A DNA stretch of 63,890 nt, the filler included, from Folioceros fuciformis (Eukaryota), in NCBI GenBank assembly GCA_049999805.1. It is 6 parts of 6 records of this genome, joined end to end, with 100 filler letters (N's around TTAATTAATTAA, not from the genome) between each part and the next. Parts side by side here need not be neighbours in the genome. Positions count along the whole stretch, not along the records: positions 16,060 to 31,558 come from JBNGIO010005982.1; positions 31,659 to 54,107 come from JBNGIO010005990.1; 4 more parts are not named here. The stretch is one strand, 5' to 3'. Below the pieces are notes generated by a model. The model was not told where the DNA came from. It ran no database searches and saw nothing but the letters and a program-made list of their open reading frames with translations. Numbering within the stretch: position 1 is the first letter of the stretch; the number at the start of each line of letters is the position of its first letter. Both the position numbers and the translations under genes were made by a program. Shown piece after piece: positions 24,501-37,112 of this stretch.

Positions 24501-27261
24501 GTGGCAAAGCTCGATGGTGCCAAAACTCTCCTCTCCTCCTCCAGCCACTGCCCATAGGGCTTTGCATTCGCTACACGTTTCTTAACCTCCGTGTTCTCTA
24601 AAACCTGAATTGCACATACATGAAAGGAAAAACTCAAAGATGATCCAACAATGCGGTGGAACAATGTCATGGAGTGTCCCCCGGTCAAATAGAGCTCAAT
24701 ATATCGGGTTAGGAGGTTAGTTACCTCCCCAGTCTCTATGTCCACAGAGATCATCATTCCTGGACCCAGGCGCCCTTTGGCAAAGATCTTTGACTCATCC
24801 ATTTTTAGAACGCCAACCTGTTCAGACTAACGTCAGCACCTTCCCCATCATTTTTACACAGCAGTTAGAAGAATCTACGCAAGAGGTCAAAACAATGATG
24901 CAGAGTAGTTACAAACCTCAGACGCAACGTATAGCATGTCTTCAGTCCTCCAGTAACGAGCAGGACGGAGGCCGTTCCGATCAAGACAGGCGCCAACTGT
25001 CTTCCCATTACTGGTTCAAGACACAAATGGTTGTTCAGTTCCCTTCCCTCCTAACCGCATCCCACTGGTTGAAACAGAAAATGCACACAGTAAAGACAGA
25101 CAAGTAGACCTGAACAGAAGCAACGCTGGTCCATCCCACGCTTCCATCTGGCCCTTGTAATACTCGTAAAAATGCACAACCTGGAGCACAAGGGATGAGG
25201 GTAATTGTTTCCTTGGCAGACGACAAAAGACAGACAGGGACGAGACATATTCTAAGCAGCTAACAAGTTGAGCAGGAAAATGAACTTTAAGTGATTCCGA
25301 AAAGCTGGCATGAATCTGCGAGTTTACCTCTGGGTATTTTATCATCAGCGTCGGATGATTTTTGTAAGCTTCAGGAATCAAAATCATCATTGTTTCCTCA
25401 GGACTGCGACCACTTCTCATCAACAACTGCAAACGACCAAGGGAGAAGGATACCATGAACGACTGCTAGCAGAGCCTTAATCATGGACAATCGAGGACAA
25501 CCATCACCAGCACCGTTCTAGCTTTCACTGCACTCCACCTCTGCTACGATGTCCAGATTTGCGGAATCTGAAGCCTTCGCGTTTCCAAACGGCCTGATTT
25601 CTTCCTCCCGTCCTCGCCACACAGGAGATGACATGGATGGCTCTCGCGACCGCATCCAATTGAGGTTACCCTGTAATTCATCGTAAATACCGTTATCCAA
25701 ACTGCATTGATCCAAGGACTTGGAGGGTTCCACCCTCAAAACGAAAGATGAAAAGGGCCGTCGGAAGTTTCAAACCATGATCGGCGTCCACCTCTACCGA
25801 TCCGAAAACATGGGGACTTCAAACGAAGGTAGCAATCACCTGCAGTGTATTTATCTCGCCGTTGTGGCCAAGGAATCTCATTGGCTGCGCGAGTGGCCAG
25901 CGAGGATTTGTGTTCGTACTGTAACGTCTGTGATAGATTGCAAAAGGTGACACATATAACGCATTCTGCAGATCCAAATAAAACCTTCCCAGAACCTCAG
26001 AGCGCAGCATTCCTTTGTACACAATAGTTCGACTAGACAAAGAACAGAAATAAAGTTCCTGTCCCCATGCCTCTGTTTCCACCGCCTTCTCAACCAATTT
26101 TCGAGAAATGTACAGCTCCCTTTCAATGTCATCTACATTCTTCTCACCCGTCACTTTTACAAAGACCTGTTCAATAACTGGCATTGTTTTCCTGGCCATG
26201 GGTCCTACTACCTCTGCCTTTACAGGAACTGACCGCCAGCCGAGTACTTGGATCCCTTCTTTCTCTAAAATTCCGTTGACAACTACAGAAGCCACATGCA
26301 AAACGTGAGAAATCTGGACCACGTCAATCCAACGAAATGCTCGATTACTGTGTAAAATCAAGCTTACTTGCTTTGGCAGAAGCGTATGCCTGGTCTTCAC
26401 TGGGAAGGAAGACCATCCCAACTGCCGAACTGGCCTCATCCGGTAAAGGAAGGCCTTGATCCTGAAACCAGGCGGAAAAAAGCTTCCAAGGAATCGTGGT
26501 CATGACACCCGCTCCATCTCCGGAGTCATTGTCTCCCCCACACCCTCCCCTATGCTCCATACAGCTGAGAGCTGTGAGAGCATCTTGAACCACCTTGTGC
26601 GAAGCCTGTTGCTTCAGGTTGGCTACGAACCCGACACCACAGGCATCACGCTCGGCTAAAATATCCTCGAGATCAGCAACCTGCAGGGAGCGGAAAAGGA
26701 ATCAGATTTCCAAACGAGAGGATTGCTCAAAGAGTTCGAGGCTGGTGTCAGCCCAGACAATCCAGCAGGTGGGTTGTACGGTTCCCTTCCACAGAGGGAC
26801 CGTCCAGATTATGGGCATCGATATCCGATGGATTTGATGGAGGGGGATTGTGGGGCGTGCTACACAAACGAGGAGGAATAGGACCCAAAATTGCAAAACG
26901 GTACCATACACCAAACACCAGACAGCAGAAGCAGGAGGCGGCATGGGACTCCCACCTTGTACTTGGGATTCCCGGCAGCAGTCTTGAGGAGGGCGGAAGC
27001 ACGCCTCCGTAAATGCCTCGGCCACCTCCCGCGCTGCAGCGGGCGCGCTAAGGCGGAGCTGGCAGGGCCCGGGCCGCTCTTGAGACCGGTGAAGGCCGGG
27101 AATCCGCAGCCCGCGTTGGCAGACTGCCTGGTGGGCAGGCGCAAATTAGAGGAGGCGAGGGCGCCGGAGCTTAGCGAGCAAGAGGGCGACGACGGCAACG
27201 CGAGGGTGCCCCGGTCGTGAAGCAATACTAGGCTTGTCCCCGCAGTCTTCACAACCGCCAT
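18594..27261 (-). CDS. GLU1: Ferredoxin-dependent glutamate synthase (Fd-GOGAT), chloroplastic, about 30 exons
   Basis: Transit peptide from MAVVKTAG; mature N-terminus [87 protein letters not shown], 3Fe-4[26 protein letters not shown]-terminal [15 protein letters not shown]; no NADH beta domain. Confidence 0.96.
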
Positions 27262-28869
27262 GGGCAGCACATACAGCTCCTACAGGAGCAAGGACGCAAC
27301 GGTGAGAGGAGGGCAAAGCACGCACAGCAGACCCCAGGCTCCTCACATACAATCTAGGAGGAACCCAGCACGGAAAGCCGCAACTCGAGCAACAACTTCT
27401 CGGCGAGTGACCACCCAGAGAAGCCTGTGCTCTGATCGGTTCCTGACTCCGCTCTCTTACAACAGGGAAGCCTTTTGAAATGGATGGGTCGTGAAGCGAG
27501 GAGGCCACGTTGCTCCTCAGCCACGCATTCCTCTCATCCCGCAGAATATTCATGCCTTTGTTTTTTGCGGTGAGCCGCTTGTGGCTCGGCTTTATATAGA
27601 CAGTCACCGTATATGTCCCGGGTGTGTGTATTCCATACGAATGTGGCCCCGGGTGGCGTGTGTGGATAGGCCCTCCTTGACACCTCTGACTTGGGGCCGC
27701 AAGTGGCGGCTGCTGATCGCAGCTTCTCATCACAACTCTCCCGAGCTTCTCGGCAACCGGCTTGTACTGCTCTCATCTTCGCTTCACCGTCCGACCTCCC
27801 CTTTTTTTGTTCTTTTCCTTTTTTTTTTTAACTGGCGACTGCTGAATCATCTCGTGTTCTCCAAGGCTTGGAGCTCAAGTTCGTGTAGGAAAGGTCTAGG
27901 ATCTGAATCTCGACGAGGGGACGGAGAAAGGGGGGGGGGTAGGTGGGGGGGAACGGGGAAGACAGATGGAGCTGCTAGGAGACCAGCGGACTCTGTTTCT
28001 GTTGCAAACCGGAACTGCGTTGCTTTGGGTTGTGGCCTTCATCTGCTTCGGTGAGCTGCCCTGCCTATTGTCGCATCTGCGGAGAGAGCAGGTCCACCCC
28101 TGCCTGCCCGCCTGGGAGCGAGAATTTGTTTGTGACTGGATTCTGGTGCTTGCCTGTGTGCAGCCTGGTTTGTGGCGTGGAAGCTGGTGTTCGTGCACAT
28201 CCCCTTGGTGCAGGAGATGTTTGGACTGAAGAAGAAGAAGAAGCAGCCTCAGCCCCGACCTTCCACGCGACGCTTCACACGAATTTACAACAGCGGGAGG
28301 CAGACAGAATCTGGATTTAGGGTTTATGGGAAGGAGGCCTGATCTATGCTGCTGTCCGGAGGAGAAATTTGAGGCGTTGAGCACGCAGCAGGGCTCGTAC
28401 GCTGTCATCTCCGGGAATTGCACAACAAGCGTGCTCGTGTGCAGACGTCGTCGATGATGACATAGCAACACGTCCCTTGCTCTCTTTGATTTTTGGAGGT
28501 TAGTGGTTACTCCTCCCAGATACCATATCGGTGGAAATCGCAGGAGTCAGGAGTGCAGAGCATGAGATCCAGGGAATCCATTAGACAAGAATTTTGCATC
28601 GTCGATCGTCCGGGCTTTTTTCTTGTTTTTAAATCATTAACGTTGGTCCTCATCATGAGGAAAAATTATTCTCTCGTGAATCGAGTCCTTGATGAGTTTG
28701 GGACGATCGTCATTCAGCTGTTCGGCCGCGGAGAGGTCGGATGGGTCCGCCGCATGTCCTTATGAACAAAAAAAAGTGTTGGAAGCTCCCCAGTGTCGAG
28801 GGATCCAGTGCGGTCGGCTCCAACCACTCCGAGTGGAGCAGAGGGCATGTTCTTGTCGTGATTTCCCAG

Positions 28870-30648
28870 CTATGGCTTGACCAGATCCGGGGCCTCAAGC
28901 AGAGGAAGGGACGGCAACTGGTTGGAATCAAGCACCGTGCTTCCAAGTCGATCAGGTGGCCAGTACCTGACCACGGATCTCCCTAGTATGTTGCTGACTG
29001 GCAAAGGACCCCTGGCACACAGCAAGAACGAATGCTCAGATTAAGTCACCCGGCTGTTCTTCTTGTGACCATGACGCAAGCGCTTCAGTATCGAGATTAC
29101 CATATGTGTGAATCAAAACTGTTGTTGCGATTGTCCCCCATAACGAAGACATATCCGTCGGGAACGTACTGTGGGCCAGGCCGAAGGAAAAGTCAGAGCA
29201 AGTCACGAAAACCAATACTGCTGCCAAGTCGAGTCATTCAATGAAGGGCCATACAATGGGATCCATCTCATATGCAGGCGGCTCGGCAATAAAGTCCTCG
29301 TTCCTCGCTACGCCATTAACATAAAGCTTCCCGTTGTGGACCTGTTCAACGAACCATCAGCGGTACAGTCAGTGTAGGAGCCACCACCTGACACACTGAG
29401 CCCTAGAGACGGAGAACGGCAGAGGACATACCTCTACAATGTCACCGTGCTTTGCTACCACTCTCTTAATAAATACTTCTCCGGCATTGTAACCCCTCTC
29501 CTACAAATAACCAGGCGGAGGAGTGTGAACCAAAAACGTCATGACAGCTACCGCCTCACAGTGCAAAGAGGAGCAAAGATGCATGGCACTACTCACCTTC
29601 AGAACCTGAGGAGCTTTGAAAATTACGATATCATTTACATTAGGCTCTCTGAAGTAATACGAGACCTGCAAAATTAGGATCCGGCGAGTCAAAAACAGAT
29701 AGGAGGAAAATAGTACAAAGGACTACAGACGAGCAAAAGAAACACATACCTTCTCAGCGATTATACGATCACCGATCTCAAAGGTTGGATACATGGACAA
29801 GGAAGGGATAAATCGTGGCTCTGCTATAAACCATCTAAACAACAAGGACACAGCAAAGACAGTGATGACAGTCTTCCCATCTTCTGAAGTAAAATTGATC
29901 CAGTCAGGTAGCCAGCTACCCTTCTCTTCCTGACCCCTGCCCTCCTTCTCACTAACCTGAAGAGAAGGACTTCCCACACGAGATTGTCTGTCCTCCCCNN
30001 NNNNNNNNNNNNNNNNNNNNNNNNNNNNNNNNNNNNNNNNNNNNNNNNNNNNNNNNNNNNNNNNNNNNNNNNNNNNNNNNNNNNNNNNNNNNNNNNNNCA
30101 TCACTAGGTTGAGACACCTTTTCAGACAAGGCATTGCAGCCCACGGAACCTGCAGAAGACCTGGGATGCCAAGACGACCGGAGACACTCGTGACAGGGGA
30201 GCCACCTCAAGGGTTGAATGTCACAAATAAATCTGCTGTTCCGCACAGAAGCTGACGCAGCCGTGGAGAATCTGGCAGGCAGACTCCACGAACAAGGTTG
30301 TGCAGAATGCCTGCCGCCATACGCATTGTCTGAAGATCCCTCACCCAGTGCGCAGCCAGGGTAAGCCGAGTTGGACGATCTCCAGCCCGGTGAATCGCCT
30401 GTGTCCATATTTCTTCCTCTACAAGGTGAAGGAGAAAAGGACGGTTTGCGGCACCTCCAGTTCACTGAGACGTCTCTCAGCCAACATCCAGAAGAGGTGC
30501 TTTTCGCCCCAGACTCATCCCTCCAGCTCCAGCACAGGAATTGACTGTCTCCCGTGCTCCTTAGGTGCTCAAAAGCACTCCCTATACTGCTTCTGTGGAC
30601 GATTCCTGGCCCTGGTGAAACGCAGGAGACGGCTATCTGGATGGCCAT
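28870..30648 (-). CDS. Plastid type I signal peptidase (thylakoidal processing peptidase / Plsp family), 6 exons, N gap in exon 1
   Basis: Long transit-like N-terminus, TM segment, [14 protein letters not shown] (catalytic Ser), [16 protein letters not shown] (catalytic Lys), [28 protein letters not shown]. Confidence 0.92.
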
Positions 30649-32163
30649 CTTCAAAAGCTTGCGCACCAGTCCCCACAGCAGGCGCAGGACCTCGCTGAAT
30701 GCAAGAGTGAAGCCTGCGCCGGTCACAACATCCTGGCAGCCGCGAGCCACCTCCCAACAGATTGAAATTGAGAATGCGCCATCGCCATTGGCACACTACA
30801 AGCAGCTCTCCCGACGAGGAGGAGAGGAGGAGGGCCGAGTGGCGAAAGGCCGAGACGGAAGCTCCGTTTCCTACCGAAGGGTTTTGGACGGGTTGCTGGT
30901 TACCGGAGATCATGGGTCGCTTAACTCCTGCTTCCTGGTGCTCTGTTTCGAGGAGAATTGGATTGCCAAGTCTCGTCCTGTGCCCAGGTGTTGTAGGCGG
31001 GACGTGGCGACTGGAGATCGTCGGTCATTCTGCTCGTGTTCCGGATACTATATGGAGAGTGAACTGAAGTTTATTGAGAAATCTCTCGTGCGCATGAATG
31101 AAAAAGAAACGCCTGCGTGCCGGGATGCAACGTAAGCGAACAACGAGGCTCTCAGTACGGTTGTTCTCTCTCTCTTGTAAAGATGAGTTTATCCATCATT
31201 TCCCAAAAATATCTTCATTTTTCTCTACTCCGACTACGTAAACAATCCGCAGAAAAGCTCACTTACGGGAATTCAGTGGTGTATAAGAAACAGTATATAT
31301 ACAGTACGGCCTCCACCAGATCTCCTATCCTCCTCCTACTGCGACCATCTTGTCCCTTGGGTATTGGAGGTAACTCAATCGCCCACAAAGGTATCTGAAA
31401 ATTTTCTATTCAAAGACCTCCCAACATTTGAAGGAGGAACTTGCAAAATTACAAATCCTGTCCCTGATGCACCGAAGCTTTTCATTTGGCCAAAAACACT
31501 CCTCATGGCAAATAGACAGGGTTAGACAAGGTCTCACTTTCATTGTCCTCGGTAGAGTNNNNNNNNNNNNNNNNNNNNNNNNNNNNNNNNNNNNNNNNNN
31601 NNTTAATTAATTAANNNNNNNNNNNNNNNNNNNNNNNNNNNNNNNNNNNNNNNNNNNNGGGGGTCGGGACAGGTGACATGTTCATTTTGCAATCGAGATT
31701 GAGACTCTTGAGATTACTTCCACTATTATGCTTGAGCACAAGAAGGAAGGTAATGCAAATCTGCATTCATAGCTTTCTATTTGTCTCTTAACACAATATG
31801 GATAATAGCTAATATGCCCTTCTATTTCATTAATTTGAGAATGTAGTTGTTACATATTCAAGTAGCTGGAAAAAGGCTAGAACCCAGCAAGTATGAACAG
31901 GTTGGAAAAACCTAAGGAAGGCACTAACACCAGGAGGCAAGGGGCAAGGAAGTTAGTCTCCAAAGTTGCACTTGGAGAGTGCCATAGCTAAACGAGAAAG
32001 GCCTTGTATGTATTTATATGTCATGAATACAGAATTGGCTTTCCATGTGTCCCTCGGATTGGTGCGAAGGTGTGACTGACCAACTCCCAGCCAACGTGTG
32101 CACACTTGGGGAAGCCGTAGGTGCTCCATCAGCTCTAACTTGCTCCCATGAGCATGACTCACT

Positions 32164-32426
32164 TTCTTTTTTATGGAGTTGTTTAGGGTTTAGGGTTCTT
32201 TTGATGGAGTTGTTTAGGGTTTAGGGTTTAGGGTTCTTTTGATGGAGTTGTTTAGGGTTTAGGGTTTAGGGTTCTTTTGATGGAGTTGTTTAGGGTTTAG
32301 GGTTTAGGGTTCTTTTGATGGAGTTGTTTAGGGTTTAGGGTTTAGGGTTCTTTTGATGGAGTTGTTTAGGGTTTAGGGTTTAGGGTTCTTTTGATGGAGT
32401 TGTTTAGGGTTTAGGGTTTAGGGTTT
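32164..32426 (+). repeat. 38-bp minisatellite: TTCTTTTGATGGAGTTG + (TTTAGGG)3; 6 perfect copies plus 1 degenerate
   Basis: GATGGAG recurs at 32203, 32241, 32279, 32317, 32355 and 32393. Confidence 0.95.
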
Positions 32427-32429
32427 AAT

Positions 32430-32820
32430 CTTAATCTTAAGCTGACGAGACTCGTCAATAAAGAAATATGAGTGATATCAAGTGAGAGTTGTCAGATACT
32501 TAATCTTAATGTGATAGACTCTTCAATAAAGAAACATGAGTGATACCAAAGTGAAAGTTGTCAAAGAGTCACTCTAAATCTAATAGAGACTGATAGATGA
32601 AGAAACATGATTGATACCAAAGTGGAAGTTGTCAAAGAGTCAATCTAAATCCAATAGAGATTGATAGATGAAGAAACATGAGTCATACCAATGGGAGTTG
32701 TCATAGAGTCAATCCAAATATGATGAGATTGATAGATAAAGAAATGTGAGTGATATCGAAGTAGGAGTTGTTAGAGACTCATTGTCAATAGAGAAACATG
32801 AATGATATAAAAGCAAAGAA
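32430..32820 (+). repeat. Degenerate ~70-bp tandem repeat (~6 copies)
   Basis: AAGAAACATGAGTGATACC...AGTTGTCA recurs near 32461, 32529, 32600, 32671, 32739 and 32792. Confidence 0.8.
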
Positions 32821-32844
32821 TAGATTTAAAGCTTCAGTGAAACT

Positions 32845-34440
32845 CAATGAAATGAAACCTTGGGTTCGGGTGAAATGAATCCTCAGCCCTAGGTGAAATG
32901 AATCCTTGGCTTTGGGTGAAATGAATCCTCAACCCTAGGTGAAATGAATCCTCAGCTCTAGATGAAATGAATCCTTAGCTTTGGGTGAATGGCGTAAAAT
33001 GAATCCTTAGCTCTAGGTGAAATAAATCCTTAACTTTGGGTGAATGGGGTGAAATGAATCCTCAGCTCTAGATGAAATGAATCCNNNNNNNNNNNNNNNN
33101 NNNNNNNNNNNNNNNNNNNNNNNNNNNNNNNNNNNNNNNNNNNNNNNNNNNNNNNNNNNNNNNNNNNNNNNNNNNNNNNNNNNNGGTGAATTGGGTGAAG
33201 TCCTTAGCTCAGACTAGTGAATTAGGTGAAATAAATCCTCAACTCTTGGAGGAATGAATTCTCGGAAGAATGAGTTCTCAGAAGAAATCCTCAGCTCTTG
33301 TGGGAATGAATTCACAACTCTGTGTGGAATGAATCATTAGCTCTAGGAAAAACAAATTCTGACTCTAGATGAAATGAATCCTCAACTCGAGTGAAACAAC
33401 TCCATGAAATGAAGCTATGTGTGGGGTGAAGTCCTTATCTCTGAGTGAAACAACTCCATGAAATGAAACCGTTTGTGCATGGGTGAAGTCCTTAGCTCTA
33501 AGTGAAACAACTCCTTAAAATGAATTCATCTCTGGGTGAAGTCCTCAACTCTGAGTGAAACAACTCAATGAAGTGAAACCGTTTGTGCATGGGTGAAATC
33601 CTTTGCTTTGAGTGAAACAACTGAATGAAGTGAAACAGTCTGTGCATGGGTGAAGTCCTTAGCTCTGGGTGAAGTCCTTAGCTCTGGGTGAAGTCCTCAG
33701 CTCTGAGTGAAATAACTCACTGAAGTGAAACAGTTTGTGCATGGGTGAAGTCCTTACTTCTGAGTGAAACAACTCAATGAAGTGAAACCGTTTGTGCATG
33801 GGTGAAGTCCTCAACTCTGAGTGAAACAACTCTGTAAAATAAATCCTTCTATGCATGAAGTCCTCGAAATGAATCCTTATGTGGGATGAAGTCCTTGACT
33901 CTAAGTGAAACAACTCTGTGAAACAAAATCCTTCTATGGGTGAAGTCCTCAACTGTTGAGTGAAACAACTTCGTGAAATGAATCCTTCTCTGGGTGAAAT
34001 CCTCAGCTAAGTGAAACTACTCTATGAAATGAATCCTTCTATGGGTGAAGTCCTCGACTTTGAGTGAAACAACTCTGTGAAATAAATCCTTATGTGGGTG
34101 AAGTCCTCGACTTTGAGTGAAACAACTCTGTGAAATAAATCCTTATGTGGGTGAAGTCCTCGACTTTGAGTGAAACAACTCTGTGAAATAAATCCTTATG
34201 TGGGTGAAGTCCTCGACTTTGAGTGAAACAACTCTGTGAAATAAATCNNNNNNNNNNNNNNNNNNNNNNNNNNNNNNNNNNNNNNNNNNNNNNNNNNNNN
34301 NNNNNNNNNNNNNNNNNNNNNNNNNNNNNNNNNNNNNNNNNNNNNNNTTGAGTGAAACAACTTCGTGAAATGAATCCTTCTCTGGGTGAAATCCTCAACT
34401 TAGTGAAACTACTTTATGAAATAAATCCTTCTTCGGGCGA
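32845..34440 (+). repeat. GTGAA-core satellite: ~23-bp units grading into 19-bp units and 53-56-bp higher-order units; two N gaps inside
   Basis: GGTGAAATGAATCCTCAGCTCTA (23-mer); GGGTGAAGTCCTCGACTTTGAGTGAAACAACTCTGTGAAATAAATCCTTATGT (53-mer, e.g. 34096, 34149, 34202). Confidence 0.92.
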
Positions 34441-34729
34441 AATAAGATAAAAAAATTACACGTTGTTAGTCTAAACATTAGATGTGAGTGGTCAATAATT
34501 AAAACTTCAATCAAACATGAGCGAATATTCAAAAGCTGAAAGATAAATATGTGAACCCTCTTTTCTAATATACTCTCAAGAGTAAAAGAGTGCTCTTTGT
34601 AAGGAAACTTCTTTTACTGCACAATCTCAAGTTTATGCTCTCTTATAATAAGTTGTAAGCAAATTCTCATATATTCCAAGCTCTCCACAAAGCTCTTGAA
34701 CAAACTATTCGACCAGCCGTTGGACAGCG

Positions 34730-34820
34730 GAAAGATTTCTTACTATAATGAAAAGATTTTTTACTATAATAGAAAGATTTCTTACTATAATAGAAAGATT
34801 TCTTACTATAATGGAAAGCT
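34730..34820 (+). repeat. ~21-bp tandem repeat (4 copies)
   Basis: GAAAGATTTCTTACTATAAT repeated. Confidence 0.8.
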
Positions 34821-35407
34821 TTCTAATGTAATGTGAAGCTTTCCTATAGACTCTTAATGATCAATTCCTTGTACATCAAAAGCTCTTATTATTGTAAAGA
34901 AGTAACTTTTTCGTACATTGAAAGCTCTCATCCTAAAGAATAAGACTCATTGGACATCAAAAGCTCTCCTTCTACAAAAGTAGATTCCTCGAGCAAAATT
35001 TTTGTAAACTGCTCCCACTCAGCATACAAACTGTTGCATTAAGATGCTTGGAGAACAAAAACTTTCTTCCACCTTGAAAGTAAAGGCCCTGTCCCATAAA
35101 CATGAGCAAAATTTTATCCTTAAAAGAATCTTTCTCTTAAATATTAGTAGTTAACCAAGAAACCTAGGTAACAAGGGTGTGTGAAAGTCACCTGCAATCA
35201 AATGCTCACACAAGGTGAAATCAAATGCTCACAATGGGTGAATCCCAAGGTGAAGAGTTTATAAAGACACAAAAACAAACACAAAAGAATGACCCCATGT
35301 TACTTGCTCCGTAGCAAATGAAAAGAATTGAATGAAATGTCGCAGGGTGTTGAATTCGGTATACACAGTTTGTCAAAGCCCAGGGCCCAATATCAAAAGC
35401 CCGACCT

Positions 35408-36415
35408 TCATGTGAAGTACACGAAGATCCAGGGCAGCAAGCAAGCAATGACAGTAAACGCTATGAGCAAATTTACGAAACGCGGATGCCGCCACCAGGG
35501 ATACCGGCATGATGGATCGGGCGATGGCGAACGGTGCCCTGAAGCCATGGACGCCGACGTGCGAGTCTGAGGCGACTGAAGATCTTCAATGCTCACCATC
35601 TCCAGCAAATTCGGGCACCCACTCCCACAGATTTCACAAACAATATTGTGCCTCCGCCCGAACCACTCCCGCGCGCACTCCCGGTGGATGATTCCCATGT
35701 CCTCCTTGCACGCACAGCCCAGATCAAAGGTGTCAAACCTGGTCGGGGACATGCACACCCTGCATGCCCTCGTCTCCCAGACCACGCTCTCAGCACCACT
35801 GTTTTTCCCGCCCCCTCCATTCCCCACATCCGTAAACGCATCGTGATCCGACAGGTTGGACGACTGCCTCCCCAACGGGCTGGAATTCTGCGATATTAAA
35901 GTAACACCCATCGTGTCGACTTCAGTGTCCGAATCGTCGATGTGTACGCGAACTTGGCATGCCGACTTCTTGAAGGTGTTCTCTGTCGCCACGGGAGTGA
36001 GACTGCTGAAACTCCTGCCACTTCCATCGTTCCTTTCACCCCGCAGGTTCTCATTCCCACGAGGGAGAGGGAGAGAATTTTGGATCTCACGGGAAAGAGA
36101 AGTCTCATTCTCGAGAGTGACGAGGCTCTCATTCTCACCAGGCAGAGAATTCTGATTCTCGGAAGTGAAGGGGCGCTCTGTCTCACTCTGATGCGGCGAG
36201 GGTGGTTGCTGGAGCTGGAGCTTTCCGTCCGCGTCACCCGCCTGAATGAACGCATTCGCGACAGTCGTGGCCGCCTCCTGGCCCTCCTCCATCCCCGCGC
36301 TCCAATTGAGCCTGACTTCGACGTGGGACGGGGTCGCAGTCTCCCGGGCCTCCGTCTCCACGCTCAGAAGGATCCTGGCCTTGGCATCCCGCGGAGCCCA
36401 CTCCCGGTGCTCCAT
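35408..36415 (-). CDS. RING-CH (RINGv/MARCH-type) E3 ubiquitin ligase with C-terminal membrane anchor; intronless CDS
   Basis: C4HC3 CRVC...LGCACK.D.GIIHRECA.EWF......CEIC and a C-terminal FVNLLIAFTVIACLLPWIF segment. Confidence 0.9.
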   Translation of the reverse strand: MEHREWAPRDAKARILLSVETEARETATPSHVEVRLNWSAGMEEGQEAATTVANAFIQAGDADGKLQLQQPPSPHQSETERPFTSENQNSLPGENESLVTLENETSLSREIQNSLPLPRGNENLRGERNDGSGRSFSSLTPVATENTFKKSACQVRVHIDDSDTEVDTMGVTLISQNSSPLGRQSSNLSDHDAFTDVGNGGGGKNSGAESVVWETRACRVCMSPTRFDTFDLGCACKEDMGIIHRECAREWFGRRHNIVCEICGSGCPNLLEMVSIEDLQSPQTRTSASMASGHRSPSPDPSCRYPWWRHPRFVNLLIAFTVIACLLPWIFVYFT

Positions 36416-37112
36416 CTTCGTGAGGCGCCGCCTCTAAATCCGCTGCTCGGAAACCGTTCATAACAAGCCAGGAGAATAGGGCACTGGCAACTTTGTCGGC
36501 AACAGGTGGGACTTCGTCCGTATTCTTCTGCATTAAGACTACCACGTTGGATTTCTGCTAGAAGTCATGAGAAGAGGATAAACAAAGACGACGCATGCAG
36601 AAGGGATCTCTGCGGGCCAGATTGAGACGTCTGTCGGGCTCTGGAAGTGTAGCAGGGGCATGCAGGGAGCTGCCATGTGGGTCGTCCATCGCCAAGAATT
36701 GGAGGTCCCAGCTGCAGTTCCAGAGGCGCCAGTTGCGGCGGCACTCATATCCAGTGCTCTTCAAATTCGGATCCGGGACAGGGAGCTCCCTGGACTGACC
36801 CACTTTCGTTCCGGACGGGATATGCGACGCAGCCGCAGAGAAGATGTTGTCCCAGTCGGCGTGGGACCCGGTCCGGACCCCGTGCTCGTGCCCGTGCAGG
36901 TTCAGGCTTCGTCGCTTCCAGGAAGGGCCCGCACGGCATGGCTGGACTCTGGCCGCGCTGCTGCACCTACCTGCCACCTCATAGCGTGGCAAAAGCCATG
37001 AGGACGTTGGGTCGCACTGGCCGTTGCCTTCTCGTTCTGAGAGTATGACGCCACAGATGGAATCTTGCTTCAGTGTTGCGGTTACATGGCTGGCAACGGG
37101 ACGATGAGGCAG

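Noticed and set aside
27918..27960. G-run cluster with G-quadruplex potential upstream of Fd-GOGAT
   Set aside because: Simple homopolymer tracts with no further support.
32164..32426. Repeat-spacer layout superficially like a CRISPR array or a true chromosome end
   Set aside because: Spacers are identical, there are no cas genes, the context is eukaryotic, and the array is internal and short.
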